Shown piece by piece: positions 46,583-58,170 of a stretch of 64,000 nucleotides of DNA (its first letter is position 1; each line of letters opens with the position of its first letter). Made by a program: the position numbers and the translations under genes. Source of the stretch: Cyanophora paradoxa CCMP329 (lineage: Eukaryota > Plantae > Glaucophyta). The stretch lies in the NCBI GenBank assembly GCA_004431415.1, contig QPMI01000066.1, positions 1-64,000 on the forward strand, in the 5' to 3' direction. The notes beneath the pieces were generated by a model that did no database searches, was not told the origin of the DNA, and was given only the letters and a program-made list of their open reading frames with translations.

Positions 46583-49500
46583 ATGAGTAGCAGAGTACCA
46601 GCCGGCGCTGTCAAGACGAGCGCGACGTCGATGCGTAAGCATTTCGCCCCTGCCCACACAGCCACGCCTAGGCCTGACTTCGGCGCAGCGACGGCGACCT
46701 CGTCGTACCGCACGACCACGTACTCGTTGGGCAGCTCGTCCACCACAGCCGTGGGCCCCACCTCCACGACGACCGTCTCCCAGTCGTCCTCCGTCGCCGT
46801 CACTCTCCCGTTCGACAGCCACGGAACGTTCGAGGTCGACTGGGCCATCCCCGATGCGTTCGACATCCCCGGTCCGCGCCCTGCACCTCGACGCAAGGAT
46901 GGCCGCGCCGCGCCGCGCTGACAGCTTCCGATCCGCAGCGCCCGAGTCGGCGACTCCCACCTGCGTGCCCCGCATCAACTACAACGAGAAGTCCTACGTG
47001 CGCTCCGTTTGCGTGTCACAGAACAGCTTCTTCGTCGCAGCCGACGCCCGCGCAGCAGCAGGCGCAGGCGGGACAGAAGACGGGCGACGAGGTCAACACG
47101 CCGACGGCCAAGAGCGGCCTGCTGGACAAGCCGGTGGGCGGCGGCTCCTCGCGCTGCGGCAACGGCGTTCTCGAGCCTGGCGAGGTGGTCCCCGCTGCCC
47201 TCTGCTTCGCGGCCCGCGCCCGCCCGCCCGTCTCGAGCGCGCACACACGCAGGGCTGCGACAAAGGCGCGTGGAACGGCCTTCCCAGCTCCAACTGCACG
47301 CTGGCGTGCACCGTCCGCTCCAGTGCGCCGCGCCCCCCGCCCAACCCTCCGGGTCTCCTCCTGCTCCAGATCCGAGCGCGGGGGCGCAGCGACGACGATA
47401 ACGGACGGGTCGACAGTAAAGCCCGGTACGGGATCCGGGGGCGGGAAGGGCGGGAAGCCCTCCCTGCTGGATCCTGTCCCGGCCCCGCCTCCGCCCGCGC
47501 CCCCGGCGGCGACCGCGCCGCCCGTCCCGGCGCCGCCCCCGCCCGCGCCCCCGGCGACAAGCGAGCCTCCCGTCCCGGCGCCGCCCCCGCCCGCGCCCCC
47601 GGCGACAAGCGAGCCTCCCGCCGGCGCCTGCGGGAACGGCGTGCTGGATGCTGGAGAGGCCTGCGACCTGGGTGAGGGGGGGAGGGGCCCCCGGGCCGGG
47701 CCGGGCCGGGCCGCGTACCCCCGAACCGAACCCGTCCGCGCAGGCGTCGCAAACGGGCTGCACTGGTCCTCCTGCTCCGCCACCTGCACGCCCGTCAGCG
47801 CCGGTGCGCGCGCGCGCGGCGCTCGGGGCCGATCCCCGCGCCGAGCGCCGACGGGTTCCGCAGCGGCCAAGCCCGCCGTGTGCGGGAACAACGTCGTGGA
47901 GGCCGGTGCGCCTCGCCGGCCCGACCCGATCCGATCCGATTCGATACGATCCGATACGATTTGATCCGCGCGCCCGTGCGCCCGCCCGCCGGCGCAGGCG
48001 AGGAGTGCGACCAGGGCGTCGTGAACGGCCTCTCCATGTCCACGTGCTCGGCGACCTGTCGCACCGTCGTCCCATGTGAGGCCGTGCCCTCCTCCGCGCT
48101 CTCGGCCGATGCCGCCCTCCGTGGCTTACGCCGTTCGTCCGTTCGTTCGTTCGTTCGACGCCGCAGCGGCGCCGCTGCCCTCGCAGACGTGCGGCAACGG
48201 GGTGCTCGAGGGGACCGAGGGGTGCGACCTCGGTGCGTACCGTACCCCCCCCCCCCTCCCCCTTTTTCGTGGCCTCGCTCGCCCTGAGTTCGCCCCCTTT
48301 GCGCAGGCGCGATGAACGGGCTGCCGACCAGCGCATGCTCGGCCGCGTGCACCATCGTCCCGCTCCGTGCGGCCGCCCGCCCGCCTGCCCGGACCCTCAG
48401 CCTCTTCACTCACGCTCGCCCGCCCGCCCCGCAGCGCCGCCGCCCTCGGAGCTGGCCCCGCCGCCGCCCCCGCCGCCCCCGGCCTCAGCCGCGGTCTGCG
48501 GGAACGGGATTCTGGAGGACGGCGAGTTCTGGTGCGGCCGCGCGCCCGAGCGAGCCGTGCCGCGATCGCGAGGGGCGCGCCCCGCTCGCTCACGCCCGCC
48601 GGTCCGCAGCGACCTCGGCATGCTGAACGGCCTCTCGGCCTCGGCCTGCTCGGCCTACTGCCAGCCCTCCGTTCCTGCGACGCCCCGTGCGGCCCGTCCT
48701 CGCCCAACGCTACCTGTGCAGCTTACTCGCATCTCTCCGTCCGGCAGCGCCGCCGCCGCCGCCGCCGCCGTCGGAGCCGGCGCCAATCGAGGCGCCCGCG
48801 ACGGCGCCGGCGCCGGCGCCGGCGGGCCCCGCCTGCGGGAACGGGTTCATCGAGGCCGGCGAGCAGTGCGACGAGGGCCACAGGTCCGTCCGTCCACTAC
48901 TCTACTGATCCCACTCCGACCCCGCGCTGCTAACTCGCAACCAATAACTTCCCTTGCTCCGCCACCTAAGAATCTAGAAACGCTTATGTCCCATTAGGTC
49001 CCACTCTTACGCTTTAGCGGCTGCGCTGGCCGTGGCGGCTCTTGTGCTGCTTACTAATAACCCATAACCTCCCCCCGCGCTGCCACCTAAGAAGCTGGAT
49101 TCTTGATACTTCGGCGGCCGGCCCCACGTTGCTGACAACTTTTCCGTCGCAGCAACGGACAGCCCGGCTCGATGTGCGACTCCTCCTGCCTCGTGGTGCC
49201 CCTCGGTGCGTGAGCGTCAAGGCGCGATAACGCGTCTGCCTTTGCCGGGGCCGCCTCTGAGGCCGCCACGCCGCAGGCTCCCGCGAGGTTCCGCCGTCGG
49301 TCATCACCCCCGCCCCGAGCCGGATCTTCCTGTGCGGCAACGGCGTCCTGGACGAGGGAGAGGTGTGCCGTGCCCGCCCCGCCCCGAGTTACCTTCGACG
49401 ACGAGCTGGTTCTGCCGCAGGCGTGCGATGCCGGCCTCTGGAACGGTCTCGAATCCTCCAAATGCAGCGTCACTTGCTCCATCATGAACTCGGGTTTGGC

Positions 49501-52500
49501 ACTGCTGGGTTATTGCGATGTGCGCGTCTGTGTTGACGCCCGCCGCAGAGCCGGCCAGCGTGTGCGGAGACGGCGCCATCCAGGGCTCCGAGGCCTGCGA
49601 TCTCGGCGCCGCCAACGGCCAGCCGGGCGCCCTCTGCACATCCAACTGCGAGGTCATTCAGCAGATCTGTGGAGACGGCGCCATCCAGGGCTCCGAGGCC
49701 TGCGATCTGGGCGCCGCCAACGGCCAGCCGGGCGCCCTCTGCACATCCAACTGCGAGATCATCCAGCAGATCTGTGGAGACGGCGCCATCCAGGGCTCCG
49801 AGGCGTGCGATCTGGGCGCCGCCAACGGCCAGCCGGGCGCCCTCTGCACATCCAACTGCGAGATCATCCAGCAGATCTGTGGAGACGGCGCCATCCAGGG
49901 CTCCGAGGCGTGCGATCTGGGCGCCGCCAACGGCCAGCCGGGCGCCCTCTGCACATCCAACTGCGAGGTCATTCAGCAGATCTGTGGAGACGGCGCCATC
50001 CAGGGCTCCGAGGCCTGCGATCTCGGCGCCGCCAACGGCCAGCCGGGCGCCCTCTGCACATCCAACTGCGAGATCATCCAGCAGATCTGTGGAGACGGCG
50101 CCATCCAGGGCTCCGAGGCGTGCGATCTGGGCGCCGCCAACGGCCAGCCGGGCGCCCTCTGCACATCCAACTGCGAGATCATCCAGCAGATCTGTGGAGA
50201 CGGCGCCATCCAGGGCTCCGAGGCGTGCGATCTGGGCGCCGCCAACGGCCAGCCGGGCGCGCTGTGCACTGCCAACTGCGAGGTTATTCAGCAGATCTGT
50301 GGAGACGGCGCCATCCAGGGCTCCGAGGCCTGCGATCTGGGCGCCGCCAACGGCCAGCCGGGCGCCCTCTGCACATCCAACTGCGAGGTCGTTCAGCAGA
50401 TCTGTGGAGACGGCGCCATCCAGGGCTCCGAGGCGTGCGATCTGGGCGCCGCCAACGGCCAGCCGGGCGCCCTCTGCACATCCAACTGCGAGATCATCCA
50501 GCAGATCTGTGGAGACGGCGCCATCCAGGGCTCCGAGGCGTGCGATCTGGGCGCCGCCAACGGCCAGCCGGGCGCGCTGTGCACGGCCAACTGCGAGGTC
50601 ATTCAGCAGATCTGCGGCAACGGGTCCATCGGTCCGCCCTCTCCACCATCGTTCCCGCTTTATAAGCCGCTGGTCTGTCCTCTCCAATCTCTGACCCGTT
50701 TCTCGGCAGAGGGAACGGAGAAGTGCGATCTGGGCGCCGCCAACGGCCAGCCGGGCGCGCTGTGCACTGCCAACTGCGAGGTTATTCAGCAGATCTGCGG
50801 CAACGGGTCCATCGGTCCGCCCTCCCTGCCATCATCGCGCTTTATAAGCCGCCGGTCTTTCCTCTCCAGTCTCTGACCCGTTTCTCTGCAGAGGGGACGG
50901 AGAAGTGCGATCTCGGCGCCGCCAACGGCCAGCCGGGCGCGCTGTGCACGGCCAACTGCGAGGTTATTCAGCAGATCTGCGGCAACGGGTCCATTGGTCC
51001 GCCCTCTCCGCCGTCTCTTCGCTTTTAAAGCCCCCGGTCTTTCCTCTCCAGTCTCTGACCCGTTTCTCCGCAGAGGGAACGGAGAAGTGCGATCTCGGCG
51101 CCGCCAACGGCCAGCCGGGCGCGCTGTGCACGGCCAACTGCGAGGTCATTCAGCAGATCTGCGGCAACGGGTCCATCGGTCCGCCCTCTCCGCCATCTCT
51201 TCGCTTTATAAGCCGCCGGTCTTTCCTCTCCAGTCTCTGACCCGTTTCTCTGCAGAGGGAACGGAGAAGTGCGATCTCGGCGCCGCCAACGGCCAGCCGG
51301 GCGCGCTGTGCACGGCCAACTGCGAGGTTATTCAGCAGATCTGCGGCAACGGGTCCATCGGTCCGCCCTCTCCGCCGTCTCTTCGCTTTTAAAGCCGCCG
51401 GTCTTTCCTCTCCAGTCTCTGACCCGTTTCTCCGCAGAGGGAACGGAGAAGTGCGATCTCGGCGCCGCCAACGGCCAGCCGGGCGCGCTGTGCACGGCCA
51501 ACTGCGAAGTCATTCAGCAGATCTGCGGCAACGGGTCCATCGGTCCGCCCTCTCCGCCATCTCTTCGCTTTATAAGCCGCCGCTTATTCCTCTCCAGTCT
51601 CTGACCCGTTTCTCTGCAGAGGGAACGGAGAAGTGCGATCTCGGCGCCGCCAACGGCCAGCCGGGCGCGCTGTGCACGGCCAACTGCGAGGTTATTCAGC
51701 AGATCTGCGGCAACGGGTCCATCGGTCCGCCCTCTCCGCCGTCTCTTCGCTTTATAAGCCGCCGGTCATTCCTCTCCAGTCTCTGACCGCTTTCTCCGCA
51801 GAGGGAACGGAGAAGTGCGATCTCGGCGCCGCCAACGGCCAGCCGGGCGCGCTGTGCACGGCCAACTGCGAGGTTATTCAGCAGATCTGCGGCAACGGGT
51901 CCATCGGTCCGCACTCATTTCCGCCTTGACTGCCGCTAGTCGTTCGTCGACGATCTGTAACTTTTCGCTTCTGCACCAGAGGGGACGGAGGGCTGCGATC
52001 TGGGCGCCGCCAACGGCCAGCCGGGCGCGCTCTGCACGGCCAACTGCCAGCCCGTCCAGCAGACGTGCGGCAACGGCGTCCTCGAGGGCACCGAGCTGTG
52101 CGACGCGGGCTCGTGGAACGGCCTCCCGGACTCGACTTGCTCCCGCGCCTGCACGCCCCAGACGCCCGGTCCGCCTTCGCTTCCCCCTTCGCTTCTTCCG
52201 TTCGTTCGTTCGTCTTCCAACGGAAGCGTTCCAACTGCAGCCCCGCCGCCGCCCGCGGCTGTCTGCGGGAACGGCATGGTCGAGGCCGGGGAGGCGAGTG
52301 CCGCTTTGGTTCCCCCGTCCTTCCCTTCGCCCGCCTCGTCTGACCGCTCTGCTTCGCAGGCCTGCGACGCCGGGGTGCAGAATGGGCAGCCGTTCTCCAC
52401 GTGCTCCGCAACCTGCACGGTCGTCCCGCCGGGTCCGCCCTAATTTCCGGATTTCCGCTTGCCGTAATCTGCAATCTCTGACTTTGTCGCCTCGGATGCA

Positions 52501-54685
52501 GCTCCGGCGGCGGCCGTCGTGGCGCCCAAGGAGGAGGCGGTCCCGGCCCCGCCCGCGCCCGTGGCCGAGCCGGCCCCGCCTGCCCCCGCGGACCCGGCCC
52601 CGCCCACCACCAACTGGCCCTTCCAGGGCATCTCTGAGCCGGCCCCGTCCGAGCCCGCCCCGGCCGAGCCGGCGCCGGCCGCGCCCGCGCCGCCCCCCGC
52701 CCCGGAGCCGGCCCCGCTGCCGCCCCCGCCCCCGCCCCCGCCACCGCCGCCGGCCACCGCCACGTGCGGCAACGCCGTCCTCGAAGCCGGCGAGGTCCGG
52801 GTCCACTTGCCCTGCCCTTCCTGTGCCCCTTCTAACCCTTTTTAAAAGGAATGCGACGAGGGGGTCCTGAACGGCGTGCCCGGCCTCGGGTGCAGCCACG
52901 TCTGCACGCTCGCCGCCGCCGCCGGCGAGGCCGCCGGCGAGGCCGCCTCGCCTCCGCCCCCGCCCCCGGCCCCGGCCCCAGCCCCGACCCCGGTCTCCAG
53001 GGAGACCGTTCCCCCGCCGCCCCCGCCGCCGGCCCCCGAGGCGCCGCCCGCCGGAGCCACCTGCGGGAACGCCATCGTCGAGGAAGGGGAGGACTGCGAC
53101 GTGGGCCCCCTCAACGGCGCCCCGGGCCTCAACTGCAGCACCGTCCGCCCACCTCTCCCCCCCGTTCGTTGCCCCCTCGCACCCGTCTGAGCGGCCGGCG
53201 CAGACGTGCACGCGGATCGGTCCGATCGGCTCGGCGAACGTTCAGCCGTCCGTCTGCGGGAACGGTGCGCCGGCCGGGGGCCTCGGGCCTCAGTATCCTC
53301 ACCTGAGCGGCCATCTGAGCGTCTGAGCGCCGCGCGCGCAGGGTGGCTCGAGGTTGGCGAGGAGTGCGACGAGGGGCCCCACAACGGGCAGGCCGGCGCC
53401 GGCTGCAGCTCCGCCTGCACCCTCTCCCACGCCACCGCCGCCCCCCCGCCGCCGCCCGCCCTCCCCGCCGTAGACGTCGTCGTGCCCGCCCCCACGTCCC
53501 CGCCCCCGCCGGCGGCGCCCGCCCCGGCTCCCGAGGCCGCCCCGGCCCCGGCCCCGGCCCCGGCCCCCGGAACGGCGCTGCAGCGTCCCAACACGTGCGG
53601 CGACGGCGTCGTCCAGCCCGCCAACGGCGAGGCGAGCCCCTCGCCCTTCTTTCGCGCCCGTTCTCCTCGTTCGTTCTCCTTACGGCGGGGGATCGTTCGT
53701 CCGTTCGTGTGCGCAGACGTGCGACTTGGGCGCGGCGAGGAACGGTCAGCCGGACGAGTTCTGCTCGTCCGACTGCCAGGACCGGTGCGGCGCGATCGCG
53801 ACCGCGATCGCGAGCCGCCCCCCCCCTCCTAACCCTCTACCCCGCTCCCTTCCCCTCCCCCCCCCCCTCCAGGGGATACGGGTGCCCTGAGGAGTGCCCG
53901 CACGGCGTCGTCGGCACGGGCTGCGTCTGCGTCATGCACGAGAAGGTGCCTTGCTGAGTCTCCCGAGTTTTAGAGATATTACAGCTCCCGACTTTCATCA
54001 GAGATATTAAGGCTGCCTCTAAGTAAAGCTTGTTGATGCTCCCAAGCCACGTTCAAGGTCTAGATATGCTTCTTCCCTCACGTGGGGGCGCCCCCCCGCG
54101 CGCGCAGCACCTCGACAAGGTCTGGCCTCTCCAGAAGGGTGCCACGCAGGCGGCACCGGCCGCTGCGCCGGCCGCGGCTGCGGCGGGCCAGGAGGAGACG
54201 CAGGCCCAGGCCCGCTCCGCGCCCGAGCAGCAGCAGCCGCAGCAGCAGCAGCCGGCCCAGCCGGCCCCGAGCGGCGGCGGCGGTTTCCTCCAGGGCCTCA
54301 TCCCCTCCGAGTGGCTCGCCGAGACCGACGCCGACTCCGATCTCCTCTGGTACCCTCCCTGTTGTCTTTCTCTTCCCCCCCCCCCCCCCCCCCCCTCGCT
54401 TCCGCTTCGTTTGCCCGACCGGGGCCCGCCGCAGCGCGCTGGAGGAGGAGATCCCCTCCGTCGACGGGAGCCGTCCCGCCTGGATCGAGGCACGTGTACC
54501 CCCCAAACCCCACCCGCACCCCTCCCCCGACCCCGTGAGAACCCTGTACCCCCGCAGGCGGATGCGGCGGCGTCGGAGCACGGCGATGAGGAGCTCGACG
54601 TATCCCTCTGGGTTCGCTGTACCCCACCCTTTCTCTGTAATCCCCTCTTCTGCCCCGTGACGTGAGCTTCGCGCCTCAGATCTGA
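46583..54685 (+). CDS. Large cysteine-rich repeat protein (Myxococcus-type Cys-rich repeat CG[N/D]GxxxxxExCDxGxxNG..C...C) with Pro-rich linkers; probably cell surface/secreted
   Basis: About 30 modules, e.g. CGNGVLDAGEACDLG, CGDGAIQGSEACDLGAANG, CGNAIVEEGEDCDVGPLNG, separated by PAPPPPAP linkers. N-terminal S/T-rich region. Inferred last exons ..ELDVSLW/I* stop at 54685. The start is uncertain and no clear signal peptide was seen. Confidence 0.8.
49563..50612 (+). repeat. Coding tandem array: 10 x 105-bp intronless units (35 aa)
   Basis: CGDGAIQGSEACDLGAANGQPGALCT[S/A]NCE[V/I][I/V]QQI x10 in one open frame, with exact 105-nt period. Confidence 0.97.
50613..52065 (+). repeat. Tandem array: 8 units of 105-bp coding repeat plus intron (period 182-183 bp)
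   Basis: Units start at 50613, 50796, 50978, 51160, 51342, 51524, 51706 and 51888. Each has CGNGSI-g|GTCCGC...CAG|ag-GTE[K/G]CDLG. Confidence 0.95.
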
Positions 54686-56520
54686 GCAGCGCGCTGCCCG
54701 GGCCCGGGGCCCAAGAGTGTATTCAGCTTATTGCATGCAGTATAAATTGTCTTTTCCGTAGCCTCGCAAGTATTTGTATTTCAATTCTATTGCAACAATG
54801 TGGCAGCCTCCTTCAAATTTGCGCCTCGGATCTGAGCAGCACGCTGCCGGGGCCCGAGAGTGGTATTCAACTTATTGCACGCAATATCGACATGTACACT
54901 AGTACTTGTTCTGCAGCTTCGCAAGTATTCGAAATTAAAAAGTGTGGCCATGGCGCATATATAATGATCTGGCATGCACAGCCTTCGAAATTCTTGATCA
55001 TGCGCCGCAGGGCTGGTAATTGCAATTGTGAGCTAATTAATTATAACGTTTAACGTACGGAGTATACGTGTGCAGCATATGGCAGGGACGCGCGATATCC
55101 GATGATCGATATCCGATGATCCGATCGTGATCCTGGCGGAACGCGCCGCGGCGCGATGCGGTGATCATGATGGGCATGCGCAAGCCCCATGCATATGTCG
55201 AGGCCCGGCGGCCCTGATCATGATCATGATCATGATGTTCGAAAAAATTCGCAAGTCACTGCGGCCAGGTCCGACGGTCGTCGTTGGCACGTGCGTGAAT
55301 TCTTGGCCATGGTCCCGTATGCTCATCTCTCGACTTGACACAGACCGACACTCTATCTCTAGATCTATCCCAGCCGTTTGTCTTGGTGTGTGCGAATTCA
55401 TATTTCTTCCACGTGCATTAATTCAACTAGTACTGGCAGTTCAAAACAATTTCAATTCAAGGCTAAAGCTAGAGGCTACAGTTGATGAATGCAGCTACTT
55501 CATTGGCAGTGAAATATTGATGCAAATTGATGGGATATCGCTGTATGAATGGAATAGCAGCGGCACTAGTACTAGTACTACGGAATGGAAAAGCAGCGGC
55601 ACTAGTACTAGGGTTCATTGATTCATTCACTCGGGTCGGCTGCGGTCAGGCGAGCGCGTCGGGCGCGGGGTCGGCGGCGGCGGCGGCGAGCTGGGCCGCC
55701 CCGGCCTCGGCGGAAATGTCGGCCAGCTCGGCGTCGACTTCCTCCTCGAAATCCGCGAGCGCCGCCTCTCCTCCGTCCAGCTCCGGCGCCGCCTGGCGGA
55801 GGGCGTTCAAGAATGTGCATCGAGCAAAGAAGAATTGTTTCTAGGGGCCCAGCTATTCATGATATATATAAATATATTCATGATCATCATCGCCGAGTCG
55901 GGGCGGCTGATATTTGATCCGCGTCAAATTGTTTTCAGGTGGCCGATAGCTAGCTTTCCATGATCATCACTGGGGCGTCTGAACGTCCAGCGGACCTGCG
56001 TGTGGGCGACGAGCTCGTGATCCTCGTCTACCCCGGCGTCCGCGGCCGGCTGGGTCGAGGTCGACGCGGGCGTCGGCGCCGACTGGTACCACTTGACCCC
56101 GTCGGCCCTGCGCGGGCGGACAAGCGCGTCAGATCTGACCTCCGCCGATCGCGAGTCGCGAGGCCTAGGGCCGTGATCGGCGGTGCGCGTGCTTACATGT
56201 CGCGGAGCTGCGTGCAGATGCGGGCGAAGAGGAACCGAGATCAGCGGGCCCCGGTTGGATGGGGGGCGAGGGGAGCAGGGGGGGAGAGGGGGGAGGAGGG
56301 GGGGGGGGGAGGGGAGGCGGAGGGGGGGGGGGGATTAAAAACTGCGCACCCCGCCCCTGTCGGCTCCCCAGAGGCCCCAGCACTGCCACTTTGCGGTGGC
56401 ATCGGCCGCCGCGAAGGCCTCAACGGCGCCGCCCCCCAGCAGTCGCCGCCCGGCGCCGACTCCCCGCCGTCGCAGACCTCTGCGGAACACCCTCGGGTAA
56501 GAATTTTTTAAGTTGTTTCG
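54396..56520 (+). repeat. Segmental direct duplication, copy 1
   Basis: Near-identical to 61873-64000 (offset 7477 at the start). The differences seen are mostly 1-nt homopolymer indels. Confidence 0.95.
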
Positions 56521-56796
56521 TTCATAATAAGGATCCTAGGCCCGGTCGTGCAGGGCGCGCGCGCGGCGGCGCACCGGCGGTGTACCCGGCCCTTACGCAC
56601 AGGACCTTCGCCTGGTCCCTGATGTTGGTCCCGCCGCAGTCCTCGAGGTTGGCTGCCCCCGCGGAAAGGATAGCGTGCGAGCCCAAGTAAGAATATTAAT
56701 GCCGTGGATTACAAATGAAAGCGGCGCAAGCAAGCAAGCAAACGCTGCGCGCCTGAGCCAGACTCTCCTTTTAACGTGCAGCTCTTCCAGCGCCAT
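55646..56796 (-). CDS. Small hypothetical multi-exon gene with acidic C-terminus
   Basis: GC-rich exon-like blocks with splice sites: MALEELHVKRRVWL/HAILSAGAANLEDCGGTNIRDQAKVL/../ADGVKWYQSAPTP..ELVAHTQ/AAPELDGGEAALADFEEEVDAELADIS..DALA*. No family recognised. Confidence 0.4.
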
Positions 56797-58170
56797 CGCA
56801 GGTTTCCGTGTCGAAGAGCTGCGAATGCATGTGGAGTGAATATTCAACACTGCCTTATAAATTACGGCGGGCCGGGCCGGGGCCGGCCAGGTTGGGCCCG
56901 GTCGGGTGTCGCCTCGGGCTGATGAAAAGGCTCTAGATTTAAAGCTAGCCTAGTAGACTCTGAGATCTCATCTGGCCCGCGGGCTGCACCTTGACGCGGT
57001 CATTCTTGTGGTACTTGATCGTGCAGGCAACGAGGCTCGCGTCTGGTGCCATGTGGACGTGCACGTGAGCCTAAACCACGGAAGGAACTGCGCGCGAGCC
57101 CGGATCATGATCATGATCATGCATATGCATATGATCAGAGCTCGAGTCCAAGATGAAGGGAAGCGCACGCACGCGTCCTATCAGATGTGGGCCTCGATGT
57201 GCACCAATGTTCACCGGCGAGTCGCCGCGCGCAGCCCCGGCCCGCGAACGAGCGGCTGAACTCGCTTCGAATTCCGCGATCCGCCGACGCGCACGATGAA
57301 CCAGCCGTACTACGTATATATATACGCAGCCACGGGCTCGAGCTCAGCGCTCGCCGGTCGCCGTCGCAGCTGCAGAGTCAGTGCAGACTCACCGCGCCGA
57401 CGCGACGTGTGAATTCGCAGCAGAATTCGAATTCGAAAGACGAGCTAGCGCTGCGCTCAGCTGCAGCTAGGAAGCGCTTGATGCGCTGGCTGCAAGCCTA
57501 GGCCTGCGCGTCCGACCGGACCGCGAACGCTTCGAGCCAATGCTCACGGTACAAGGAGTCCTCTGTGACTCAGCAAGCGCTGAATGCTAGCGCTACGAAT
57601 TCGAGCTCAGCGCGGCTCGCCGGGGAGCGCTAGCGCGCGGCGCGCGGCAGGCCGCCTAGCGCCTGTGCAGGGAGCAGCCTGAGGGAGCAGCGCTGGTGCG
57701 CCCGCCGTGCGCAGCGGTGTCTGCGGTGCGCTTCATGATCATCAGACGCGCATGCGGCTCGAGAAAGAGGCTTGAAGCGAGCAGCCGGGAGGCTAAAAAA
57801 AAGAGCGGTACCAAGTGCCCCTACTTCTAGCCTTCCGGCGGGTACCGTAGTTACATCCGGCGTGTCAGCGCGCGCTATAAATAGCTAAGCAGCCTAGGCG
57901 TGATCATCGGATGCATATATCGATGGCGCCGGCGCCGCCTCGCGGCCGGCGGTGTCGCCAGCGGCGCCGGCGGGCGGCTGCGGCGGGCCGGAATGCATTG
58001 GTCTTGATATTTCGCTGATCTCGCTCACCCGCTACCGCCTCCGCCTTAAGCTTAAGCTTCGCCGCGGACACGCCGGCGAGCTCGAGGCCAGCTAGCAGCA
58101 GGGGGCTGCGGGCGGGGCAGGGCGGGGCGGGGAAGGGGCCACGCTAGCCCTGCTACAGCCGCCCGGTCCC

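Noticed and set aside
49563-52065. Repeat/spacer-like periodic array as a CRISPR
   Set aside because: The repeats are 105-nt coding units, the 'spacers' are near-identical GT-AG introns, there are no cas genes and the context is eukaryotic.
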